Origin: Clostridia bacterium
GTDB lineage: Bacteria; Bacillota; Clostridia; Christensenellales; UBA1242
Assembly (NCBI GenBank): GCA_017467585.1
Contig: JAFUSR010000004.1
Span: forward strand, 600,620-664,619
Direction of reading: 5' to 3'
DNA length: 64,000 nucleotides
Shown here piece by piece: positions 54,884 through 63,338 of this stretch (the first letter of the stretch is position 1; each line of letters begins with the position of its first letter). The position numbers and the translations under genes were made by a program. Below the pieces are notes generated by a model that was not told the DNA's origin, ran no database searches, and saw only the letters and a program-made list of their open reading frames with translations.

Positions 54884-56314
54884 TTAAGCCTGTTTTAAAC
54901 TTTCTTTAATTATTTGTTTGTCGCTATATTTCAATTTGGCGCCCTGAACCTCTAAATAAGGCTCCGCACCCTTGCCCGCAACAACCACAACTTCGTTTTT
55001 TGTTGCGGCAGAAATTGTCTCACGAATTGCTTGACCTCTGTCTAAAATTAACTGCCATTTTTTCTTGCAAAAACCAGAAATGATATCCTGCGCAATTTTG
55101 TAGTTGTCTTCATAGCGAGGGTTGTCAGTTGTTATTACAACTTTATCGGCGTATTTTTCGGCAATTGTGCCCATGATGGCACGCTTGGTTGTGTCGCGAT
55201 TTCCGCCACAGCCAAACACGCACGTGATTTTGGCTTTTGGCTTTGAATTTCTGACAGCAACAAGCAACTTCTCAAGACCATCTGGTGTGTGAGCATAGTC
55301 TAAAACAACCATGCAATTTCCAAAAAACGTTTGATATCTGCCCTCAACACCACCAAAAGACTCAAGTTGCTTTATTATTTCTGAATCTGTCATCATGGCG
55401 CGCCTGCAAATAGCAATTGCAACAACCATGTTTTGCAGATTGAAATCACCCATCAGCGGCGATGCACAAGAAAAGGTCTTTCCTTCTGCGTGATAATCAA
55501 AAGTTTGACCATATTTAGTATGTTTTACATTGTCTACAAATATGTCTGCTTTTTTGTTTGTTGAGCAACGAACCACGTTTTTTGCCATGGTGGCAATTTT
55601 TTCGCCAAAACTAGTGTCTGTGCAGACCACTGCACTGTTGTAGTTTTTTTCTTTAAAAATCTGCGCCTTTGCATCGAAATAATTTTGCATGTTCTCAAAA
55701 AAATCTAAGTGGTCTTCAGACAGGTTTGTAAATCCTATTATGTCTGGCATAACACCCCATAATTTCTGATAATAAATGGCATGGGCGGAGATTTCCATCA
55801 CAACATATTGAACCCCACTTTTTGCCATTTGAGACAATAGGTTTTGAAAAATTATTGGGTCGGGAGTTGTCATGTTGGTTTGAATTTTTTTATCCGCAAA
55901 TTCTGCTCCATTTGTGCCAATTGTTGCCACTTTATATTTGCAAGACAAAATGTGACTGACCAAACTCACAGTGGTTGTCTTTCCGTTTGTTCCGGTAACC
56001 CCAATAATTTTTAATTTTTCCGCTGGTCTATCAAAATAGTTTGCAGCAATCAAACTCATGGCTTTTCTTGCGTCTGGCACTATAATCTGCGTAACTTTTA
56101 TGCCACTTATTCCCTCTTCAGTGACAATTGCTTTTGCTCCACGCTTTATTGCGTCGCTAGCATAGTTAGTTCCAAGATTTGTCTTTCCTTTTAAACAAAA
56201 GAACAAACTATCTTTTTTGCATTCGTCAGATCTGACGCACAAACTTTTTATGTCTAAATTCTTTTTTCCAATAATTTTGCAATCTATGCCACTTGTTAAT
56301 TCTTTTAGTTTCAT
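54884..56314 (-). CDS. murE: UDP-MurNAc-dipeptide ligase MurE; DNPR motif indicates meso-DAP type
   Basis: TGTNGKTT, TTPDP, FTNLSEDHLDF, DYAHTPDG, TDNPR. Confidence 0.96.
   Translation of the reverse strand: MKLKELTSGIDCKIIGKKNLDIKSLCVRSDECKKDSLFFCLKGKTNLGTNYASDAIKRGAKAIVTEEGISGIKVTQIIVPDARKAMSLIAANYFDRPAEKLKIIGVTGTNGKTTTVSLVSHILSCKYKVATIGTNGAEFADKKIQTNMTTPDPIIFQNLLSQMAKSGVQYVVMEISAHAIYYQKLWGVMPDIIGFTNLSEDHLDFFENMQNYFDAKAQIFKEKNYNSAVVCTDTSFGEKIATMAKNVVRCSTNKKADIFVDNVKHTKYGQTFDYHAEGKTFSCASPLMGDFNLQNMVVAIAICRRAMMTDSEIIKQLESFGGVEGRYQTFFGNCMVVLDYAHTPDGLEKLLVAVRNSKPKAKITCVFGCGGNRDTTKRAIMGTIAEKYADKVVITTDNPRYEDNYKIAQDIISGFCKKKWQLILDRGQAIRETISAATKNEVVVVAGKGAEPYLEVQGAKLKYSDKQIIKESLKQA
55736..55758. 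repeat. Dispersed palindrome copy inside the murE coding sequence
   Basis: TATTATG-TCTGG-CATAACACCCC; encodes W-G-V-M-P-D-I-I on the minus strand. Confidence 0.8.
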
Positions 56315-56327
56315 GTTTATATTCTCC

Positions 56328-58241
56328 TTATTCCATCACTAGCAAAACAATGTCGCCCTCTTTAACCATGCTTCCTGGGCCTGCAATTTGCTGAGTTACT
56401 CTTTTTCCGTTTCCGCTGACCAAATATTGAAGTTTTAAGCTGGCCAGTGTGCTTCCCGCTTCTGAAAGAGTCATGCCGATTAAGCTAGGAAGTTCAATTG
56501 TTGCTTCGGTTTTCGACAAATCATATTCCGCATTGGCTTGCGTTTCACTGAACCTGAGGTCTATTATCTTTTCAAAAATCTGTTTGGCAACAGGAGCCGC
56601 AACAATTCCACCATAATATGCCCCCTTTGGCTCGTCAACTGTTACAAGCACAATATATTCTGGCTTGTCTGCTGGATAATAGCCAACAAACGAAGCCACA
56701 TATTTGCCCTGAGCAATGGCACCATTTTGATACTTTTGAGCAGTGCCTGTTTTGCCGGCCAAGTTGTAGCCATCAATCCTCGCATATTTTCCGCCACCCT
56801 TTGAAACAACCTCTTCTAGCATTATGTTAAGTTGTTTAGATACCGATGGTTTGAAAACCTTGTTTAAAATGGTTGCACTCTTTGAATAGATTGTCTCACC
56901 AGACGAAGTTGAAATTTTTTTGACCAAATATGGTTGCATAACATTTCCGCCATTGATTGCCGCCGATATTGCGTTGACCAGTTCTAACTGGCTGATTGCT
57001 ATGGTTTGTCCAAAGCCCATTCTGGCCAGGTCTGCATCGGTTGCAATGTCTTCTGGCATTAAAACTGCCTTTGTTTCTCCAGGAAAATCTAGGCCGTAAG
57101 CTGACGTAAAACCAAGTTCGTTTAAGTACCAATAGAACTTGCGAAGACCAATCTGGCTGATTAAGTCCATAAACACGCAGTTGCAACTGTTGTTGAGCCC
57201 CTGCTGGAGAGTTTGTGGGCCGTGGCCTGAGCGACGCGAACAATTTATTCTGACTCCATTGATTATTCTTGCTCCACCGCAATAGTAGTAATGTTCCCTG
57301 CTTGTTATGCCCTCGTTGAGAGCAATTGCCGCAACAATAACCTTAAATGTTGAACCTGGCTCATAAGTGTCTGACAAAACCTGCGCACGACTGAGTTCGT
57401 TTAGTGTTTGAATGTTTGACCTATCTATATTGTTAAGATTAAAACTTGGCTGTGTGCTGATTGCAACAATTTCGCCGGTGTTTGGGTTCATCACAAGTGC
57501 AGAAGCATTTTTTGCCCCAGTGTTGTTCATGGCTTCTGCCAAAATTTTTTCTGTGGCCTGCTGAATTTGAAAATCTATGGTCAGTTCTAGGTTGAGTCCG
57601 TCGATGCTATCAACATAATAGCTAACCGACGAATTAAGTGACTTTCCGCGAATGTCGGTTTCAACCAAAGTTACACCATCTATTCCCTTAAGGTATGAAT
57701 TATATTGCCTCTCAAGACCACTTTGTCCATCGCCATCTGACGACAAAAAGCCAATTATTTGACACAGCAGGTTGTTGTAGTGATAATCTCTGCTTGTGGT
57801 TGAGGTGAAAAAGATTCCGCTTTGATAGCCAGAGAGAACTTTTTGAACCACGCTCTTTTGAAGTTGCTTTCCAATTAAAATTTCACTATAGTTATATTTG
57901 TCTAACTTTTCTAAGATTTCATCTTTTGAAATTTCTAGCGCTGATGACAGCACCTCTGCCACTGCATCTCTGTTTTCTATGTCGGCCTTTCGAACGTAAC
58001 AATCAAATGTTGTGTGACTGGATGCGAGCGCAACACCGTTTCGATCGGTGATTGTTCCGCGCTTGGCTGAAATTGGCAAATCTCTGAGCCACTGCGAAAG
58101 ACCTCGAGACTGAAGCGAATAACCACTCAACACCTGAAGATAAAATAATCTTATAAAGATTAGCAAAATTAAAAAGACAGCACAAAGAAAAATGGCTGAA
58201 ATTCTTCTTTGAACTGACAATGTTGTGTATTTAATCTGCAT
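56328..58241 (-). CDS. spoVD: Class B penicillin-binding protein (SpoVD/FtsI) with one PASTA domain
   Basis: Single TM, AKRGTITDRNG, YEPGSTFK (SxxK), SCN (SxN), GKTGTAQ. Confidence 0.9.
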   Translation of the reverse strand: MQIKYTTLSVQRRISAIFLCAVFLILLIFIRLFYLQVLSGYSLQSRGLSQWLRDLPISAKRGTITDRNGVALASSHTTFDCYVRKADIENRDAVAEVLSSALEISKDEILEKLDKYNYSEILIGKQLQKSVVQKVLSGYQSGIFFTSTTSRDYHYNNLLCQIIGFLSSDGDGQSGLERQYNSYLKGIDGVTLVETDIRGKSLNSSVSYYVDSIDGLNLELTIDFQIQQATEKILAEAMNNTGAKNASALVMNPNTGEIVAISTQPSFNLNNIDRSNIQTLNELSRAQVLSDTYEPGSTFKVIVAAIALNEGITSREHYYYCGGARIINGVRINCSRRSGHGPQTLQQGLNNSCNCVFMDLISQIGLRKFYWYLNELGFTSAYGLDFPGETKAVLMPEDIATDADLARMGFGQTIAISQLELVNAISAAINGGNVMQPYLVKKISTSSGETIYSKSATILNKVFKPSVSKQLNIMLEEVVSKGGGKYARIDGYNLAGKTGTAQKYQNGAIAQGKYVASFVGYYPADKPEYIVLVTVDEPKGAYYGGIVAAPVAKQIFEKIIDLRFSETQANAEYDLSKTEATIELPSLIGMTLSEAGSTLASLKLQYLVSGNGKRVTQQIAGPGSMVKEGDIVLLVME

Positions 58242-58295
58242 AAAAAAATCCCTCAAACTTAGTTTAAGTATATTCGTTTGAGGGATAATAAATGA
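58242..58295 (-). promoter_or_regulatory. 11-bp hairpin covering the spoVD RBS, with a sigma-E-like promoter whose -10 lies in the loop
   Basis: ATCCCTCAAAC-N17-GTTTGAGGGAT then a T-run and ATG; TCATTTA-N14-AATATACT. Confidence 0.6.
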
Positions 58296-58297
58296 TT

Positions 58298-58900
58298 TTA
58301 ATTAAATAATCCAGCTAGAAAGTTGCAAAGGCTATCGAACCAGTTTGTTTCGATTTGTGCTGTTGGTTTTGCAACTTCGGTAACTCCTTGAAGGGCTGTT
58401 CCTGTTGCCTGTTCAGTGAGTCCTTGCTCTGTTGCACGAGTCAAAACATCATTTTCGAGACTCTCATATTGTTGTTGAAGAGAATTTACAGTTTGTTGTT
58501 GTTCATAAACAACTTGTTGCTTTGCAGCAAGCGTTGCATTGAGTGAGCCAAGTGTTACGGCATTTCCAATCATAAAGGCAACGAGTGCGCAAATGCAAAT
58601 CGCAATAACGCTGATTAAAATTTTGCCGTGAGCGTTTAAATGAACTTTAACAGGGGTTTCTGGATGTTGCTCAATTGCGCGGTCAATGGTTAGCATGTCA
58701 ACTTTGCGTTGACCTTCGACTTTGATTGATTGAACATCAGACTGATAATGCTTTTGGACACTGATTGTTGAAGTATCTTCAAAATCTAAGTTGCTAAAAA
58801 TTGGTCTGCGATATTGTGTATCGGCATTTTCTCTGCTTGAAAATATTCCTCTTCTAACAGTGGTTTGTGTAGTTACTCTTTCTTGTGTCTCTGTTGCCAT
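58298..58900 (-). CDS. FtsL-like bitopic coiled-coil protein with a long N-terminal region
   Basis: Single TM plus coiled coil, located between rsmH and the PBP gene. Confidence 0.65.
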   Translation of the reverse strand: MATETQERVTTQTTVRRGIFSSRENADTQYRRPIFSNLDFEDTSTISVQKHYQSDVQSIKVEGQRKVDMLTIDRAIEQHPETPVKVHLNAHGKILISVIAICICALVAFMIGNAVTLGSLNATLAAKQQVVYEQQQTVNSLQQQYESLENDVLTRATEQGLTEQATGTALQGVTEVAKPTAQIETNWFDSLCNFLAGLFN

Positions 58901-58920
58901 AAGCGTTGCCCCCTTTATTT

Positions 58921-59850
58921 TTATAATTTTTCTATAACTCTTAGCTTGGCACTTGAACTTCTGCTGTTTTGTTTTAGTTCATTTTCGCCAGCTGTTATCA
59001 TTTTTCCAATGAGTTTTGCTTCTGCCCTGTGACCACAAACGCAAATTGGCAGGTTTGGTGGACAGATGCAATCTGTTGAAAGGTCTCGAAATGTGTGTTT
59101 GACTATGCGGTCTTCTAGGCTGTGAAAGCTGATGACTGCAAGTCTTCCGCCCTTTTTGAGACTGTGTGTAGCATCAACCAAAAATTGCCCCAGTTCGTCT
59201 AGTTCGCCGTTGACTTCAATTCTAATTGCTTGAAATGTGCGCTGAACATTTGATGAACCATCGTTACCACGATATCTCGGAACACTTGAAAGAATTATTT
59301 CTTTAAGTTCCTGAGTGGTTTCAATTGGTTTAGCCTTTCTTACTTTGTCGATTTTGTTGGCTATGCTGGTTGCAAATTTCTCTTCGCCATAGTCTTTGAT
59401 GATTTGTCTAAGTTTTTCGGCACTATAGGTGTTAACGACTTCGTAAGCAGAAAGTTTTTGTGATTTGTCCATTCTCATATCGAGTTTGGCATCGGCCCTG
59501 TAACTGAATCCGCGTTCGCTGTTGTCTAGCTGATAACTTGAAACGCCCAGGTCTACCAAAATTCCATCTACCTTTTCTATTTTGTTGTCTTTTAAAATTT
59601 GAACCAGGTTTTTGAAATTGTCGTGAACGTAAGTTACGCGGTCACCAAATTCGCTGAGTCTTTTTTTGCTTGCAGCAAGTGCTTCGGCGTCTCTGTCTAT
59701 TCCTACAAGCTTTGAGCCGTTTGTTCTAGACAAGATGTGAAAGCTGTGGCCAGCTCCACCTAGTGTGCAGTCCACATAAATTCCATTATCTTTGAGATTG
59801 AGCCCTTGCATGCACTCTTCGAGAAGCACGGGAACATGTTTGAATTCCAT
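58921..59850 (-). CDS. rsmH: 16S rRNA m4C1402 methyltransferase
   Basis: HVPVLL, DCTLGGAGHS, DLGVSSYQLD, FQAIRIEVN, ISFHSLEDRIVK. Confidence 0.98.
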   Translation of the reverse strand: MEFKHVPVLLEECMQGLNLKDNGIYVDCTLGGAGHSFHILSRTNGSKLVGIDRDAEALAASKKRLSEFGDRVTYVHDNFKNLVQILKDNKIEKVDGILVDLGVSSYQLDNSERGFSYRADAKLDMRMDKSQKLSAYEVVNTYSAEKLRQIIKDYGEEKFATSIANKIDKVRKAKPIETTQELKEIILSSVPRYRGNDGSSNVQRTFQAIRIEVNGELDELGQFLVDATHSLKKGGRLAVISFHSLEDRIVKHTFRDLSTDCICPPNLPICVCGHRAEAKLIGKMITAGENELKQNSRSSSAKLRVIEKL

Positions 59851-60273
59851 CTATACCCCAAGCCCTGCGAGCGCTTTGCTGCTTTCGGTGAAATCGTCAC
59901 CAGAATATGCGTTCCATTCTTCTTCTGACCAAATTTCCACTCTGCTTCCTGAACCAATAAAGACAATGTTCTTTGTGATTTTTGCATATTCACGAAGTTC
60001 TTTCGCAACAAGAATTCTTCCTTGTTTGTCTTCTTCGGTTTCAAAAGCTGATGACAGAACCATTCGAACAGGTTTTTGAACTTCAGCATCAAAGATAGGA
60101 AGACTTGTTAGTTTTTGATAAACTTCTGAGAACTTTTCTTTGCTAAATGCATACAAACAGTTGTTGGTGCCTTTAGTGATGATGAAGTTCTCGCCAAGTT
60201 CATCTTTAAACTTGGCTGGCATACGCATGCGGCACTTTTCATCTATTTGGTGACGATATGTTCCAATTAGCAT
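59851..60273 (-). CDS. mraZ: Transcriptional regulator MraZ
   Basis: IDEKCRMRMPAKF, DKQGRIL, RVEIWS. Confidence 0.95.
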   Translation of the reverse strand: MLIGTYRHQIDEKCRMRMPAKFKDELGENFIITKGTNNCLYAFSKEKFSEVYQKLTSLPIFDAEVQKPVRMVLSSAFETEEDKQGRILVAKELREYAKITKNIVFIGSGSRVEIWSEEEWNAYSGDDFTESSKALAGLGV

Positions 60274-60306
60274 ATGCTTTTACCCCCTTCTCATCTTTGT
60301 AAATAA

Positions 60307-60354
60307 ATTATAATTCATTTAATTTTGAATTTGCAACCACTTTTGACCACTTTT
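60307..60354 (-). promoter_or_regulatory. mraZ sigma-A promoter with MraZ-binding direct repeats
   Basis: TTGCAA-N18-TATAAT; AAAAGTGGT twice at 10-bp period abutting the -35. Confidence 0.75.
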
Positions 60355-60414
60355 TAATAAAAAAATTAATATTTTGCAAAAAATTTTGCCATTTTTATCA
60401 CTTTTTTACATTTT

Positions 60415-60430
60415 TAGAACGCTTGTTCTA
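60415..60430. promoter_or_regulatory. LexA (Cheo)-type box
   Basis: Minus strand TAGAAC-AAGC-GTTCTA fits GAAC-RNRY-GTTC. Confidence 0.55.
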
Positions 60431-60527
60431 TAATTTTATCGATAGTTTGTTCTAAAAAATTGATATACCCCTATGGGCATGTATTTGTTTAAAACCCAAA
60501 CAACTTTTTCTAATATTTTTTATAAAT

Positions 60528-60555
60528 AAAAAAGGTGGTGCAAAATTGCACCACC
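60528..60555 (-). terminator. Intrinsic terminator after the hypothetical membrane-protein pair
   Basis: GGTGGTGCA/TGCACCACC stem with a T-run on the minus strand. Confidence 0.75.
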
Positions 60556-60578
60556 CGGCTATTTAAAAATTTTTGATT

Positions 60579-61007
60579 CTATTTTGCGTTTGCCATGCCG
60601 TTATATGCCATCGACAAAATAGCAACTGCTCCAACAACGCAGAGAATAAACACCACAAGAGCTATCCAAGAGATTGCTCTTCTGTTTAGTTTTAATTGTT
60701 TGATTGTGCGCGAAAGAGCAAAAAAGAACAATTCTATTGAAACAAGAACAAGACCAATTCCTAGCATAATCAAAATTATGTTTAAAAATATGCCAAGGTT
60801 GCGCGTGAATCCAACATAAAGCGAAATTGCACCACCAACACTAAACACAGCAAACAAAACTGATTGCAAAATTGCTCTCCAACCAAAGTATTTTGAAAAT
60901 GGTCTCAATTCTGCATCGTTTTTTATATTATTATATATTTCTCTATCTTCTCCAATTTTTGCAATAAAATTCAAAAAATGCAAAAGCCCATTCATTTTAT
61001 CTGCCAT
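60579..61007 (-). CDS. Hypothetical membrane protein, ~3 TM
   Basis: Hydrophobic segments; GGAGGT RBS. Confidence 0.75.
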   Translation of the reverse strand: MADKMNGLLHFLNFIAKIGEDREIYNNIKNDAELRPFSKYFGWRAILQSVLFAVFSVGGAISLYVGFTRNLGIFLNIILIMLGIGLVLVSIELFFFALSRTIKQLKLNRRAISWIALVVFILCVVGAVAILSMAYNGMANAK

Positions 61008-61010
61008 TTT

Positions 61011-61829
61011 TTACCTCCACATACTTCTGCTAATATTATCTCTTACCTCTTTTTTGTGTTTAACGCTTTTGATAGCATCAACATGAGCTCTATAATTGTC
61101 TTGCTCTTCCTGAGGTAAAGTTTTAAACCACTCTTTGGCATGAATCTTATCGCGAACAAGTTTGACAAGCATAGTAATAAACCCTGCTACAATAACAAGA
61201 GCAACCCCCAAGATTATGCCAATTGTGAGTGCTGAGTTATCTTTTATGATAAACAATAGCATAATTGCTATTGCTGCTGTCGCTATTATGACAACAACCG
61301 AACTTAAAATAAATCTGTTGATTGTTAAACTATAGGCCATTTCTTCTTTTGTTGCAGTTGAGAGTTGAAGTGATTTAACCCCATTATAAACAAGATAGCC
61401 TGCAATAACACCAACAATTCCTAAAATGACAGCCACCGCAATAAAGCCCATAAACGCTCCAAAGCCAACCAAACTTGCCCTTATGTTTAAAACATCCCAT
61501 GATTCTGCTGAACCTGAATCAATTGAAACACCAAGAACTGGTGGCAACATTGTTATTGCACAAAACAAAAATATTGCAAAGGCAACTGCTGCAAGCGCAA
61601 ACATTATTCCCGCAAACACAACATATGGGGTTCTTTTCTTATCCACCTTGTGAAGCTCATGATCTAGATATGGCACTTCAACTTTATACATTTTTCCATA
61701 AAGTCTAGCCTTTTGAACTTCTTTATAAGACAATTTTGAATAACTTTCTTTTTCAAATTTATCTTTTGGTTCATCAGGTGCATTCTGTTGCTCAACAGGA
61801 TGATTGTTTTGCTCAGTTAATTCTTCCAT
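61011..61829 (-). CDS. Hypothetical membrane protein, ~4 TM
   Basis: Acidic N-terminus, four hydrophobic segments; AGGAGG RBS. Confidence 0.78.
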   Translation of the reverse strand: MEELTEQNNHPVEQQNAPDEPKDKFEKESYSKLSYKEVQKARLYGKMYKVEVPYLDHELHKVDKKRTPYVVFAGIMFALAAVAFAIFLFCAITMLPPVLGVSIDSGSAESWDVLNIRASLVGFGAFMGFIAVAVILGIVGVIAGYLVYNGVKSLQLSTATKEEMAYSLTINRFILSSVVVIIATAAIAIMLLFIIKDNSALTIGIILGVALVIVAGFITMLVKLVRDKIHAKEWFKTLPQEEQDNYRAHVDAIKSVKHKKEVRDNISRSMWR

Positions 61830-61892
61830 AATCTGCCCTCCTAACTAATTTAAATATATAATATTTATATACATGTGGTCAATTAAATTGCA

Positions 61893-62600
61893 TTAGTTTT
61901 CATAAATCAAAACCGGGGTGTTATTAATGTGATCAGTTGCAGTAAAATAATAGACAACCCCATTGCGTTCAAGAACTTTTTCCATGTTAACGACTTTTCC
62001 ATGAAGGTGTCCAAAAATCACCTTGTCTACTTTGTATTCTTCTAAAAGTTTAGTGAAATTGCTATCTTCTTTTGTCATGTTATATGGAGGATAGTGAATC
62101 ATGCAAATAACTCTGTCGCCTGTCTTTCTTTGCTTCTGCATGTCTGCAAGTGTTAGTTTGAGTCTTTCGGTTTCGCGCTTATAGAGTTTGTCATCTTCTT
62201 TTTCGAGCTGTTTGCCGTGTTCTGGAACAGTCCAACCACGAGTTCCACAAACAAGAGTTTTTTCGTCTATTCTAACACAATCGTTTTGAATTGCCTGAAT
62301 TGAAGGAGGCAAAATTGAGCGCACTGCGCTTATGCTCTTCCACCAATATTCGTGATTTCCTTTAATCATAATTTTTTTGCCAGGGAGCTTATCTATCCAC
62401 TCAAGGTCTGGAATTGCTTCTTCGAGTTTCATTCCCCAACTTATGTCTCCACCAAGCAAAACATAGTCGTCTTCCGCAACAAGTTCTCTCCAGTGCTCGC
62501 TGATTTTTTCTGTATGATTTGGCCAAGCCCCACCAAATATATCCATTGGTTTGTCGCAGGCAAAACTTAAATGTAAATCGCTAATCGCCCAAATTTTCAT
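61893..62600 (-). CDS. Calcineurin-like metallophosphoesterase
   Basis: ISDLHLS, GGDISWG, KGNHEYWW, HYPP, FGHLHG. Confidence 0.92.
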   Translation of the reverse strand: MKIWAISDLHLSFACDKPMDIFGGAWPNHTEKISEHWRELVAEDDYVLLGGDISWGMKLEEAIPDLEWIDKLPGKKIMIKGNHEYWWKSISAVRSILPPSIQAIQNDCVRIDEKTLVCGTRGWTVPEHGKQLEKEDDKLYKRETERLKLTLADMQKQRKTGDRVICMIHYPPYNMTKEDSNFTKLLEEYKVDKVIFGHLHGKVVNMEKVLERNGVVYYFTATDHINNTPVLIYEN

Positions 62601-63213
62601 TATCATTGCCCTCCACAAACTGCCATATTCTATCGATAAGCGGCTCCTTGCCGATTTTTTTCTCACTGCTTGTCAAAAACACATTATCAATTCCCACTTT
62701 AAACTTTGCGGCAATTGAAACTTTGTTTCGCGCTGCTTCTGCACGAGAAACTTTGTCTAACTTTGTTGCAACAATTGTTGTGGCAATATTGCACCTAAAC
62801 AAATAATCAAACATTTGCAAATCTTGAATTGTTGGCTCGTGGCGAATGTCAACTAGCAAGATAACGGCCTTTAAGTTAGTTGTTTTGTTTAAGTAGCCCT
62901 CAATCATATCTTTCCAACGGTTCTGTTCGGCGTGGCCAGCCTTTGCAAAACCATAACCAGGAAGATCAACGAGCATAAACTTTTTTTCGTCATTTTGGTC
63001 TTTTGCAACAAACTCAAAAAAGTTAACTAGGCGCGTGCGACCCGGTGTGCTGCTGGTTTTTGCAAGTTTTTTGTTATCTGCTAGCAAATTAATAAAGCTT
63101 GACTTGCCAACATTGCTTCTTCCCACAATCGCAATTTCTGGCATGTTAAAACCTGCATAGCCCGAAGCGTCTGCATAAGATAACACAAATTTTGAACTCT
63201 TTATATTTGCCAT
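62581..63213 (-). CDS. engB: GTP-binding protein YihA/EngB/YsxC
   Basis: GRSNVGKSS, SSTPGRT, DLPGYG, TKLD. Confidence 0.96.
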   Translation of the reverse strand: MANIKSSKFVLSYADASGYAGFNMPEIAIVGRSNVGKSSFINLLADNKKLAKTSSTPGRTRLVNFFEFVAKDQNDEKKFMLVDLPGYGFAKAGHAEQNRWKDMIEGYLNKTTNLKAVILLVDIRHEPTIQDLQMFDYLFRCNIATTIVATKLDKVSRAEAARNKVSIAAKFKVGIDNVFLTSSEKKIGKEPLIDRIWQFVEGNDNENLGD

Positions 63214-63288
63214 ATATAAATATATTAACAAATATGCAAGCAAAAATCAACAAAATAAAAAACAAGCAAATTCTGAGCAAAAAAATAA

Positions 63289-63314
63289 GGGTGTTATGTC
63301 TATCATAACACCCC
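63289..63314. repeat. Dispersed palindrome copy, 10-bp arms
   Basis: GGGTGTTATG-TCTAT-CATAACACCCC. Confidence 0.9.
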
Positions 63315-63338
63315 ATAAAACCTGACAAAAAGCCACTT

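Noticed and set aside
18743-63314. Palindromic repeats as a CRISPR array
   Set aside because: Copies are kilobases apart with no regular spacers, and there are no cas genes
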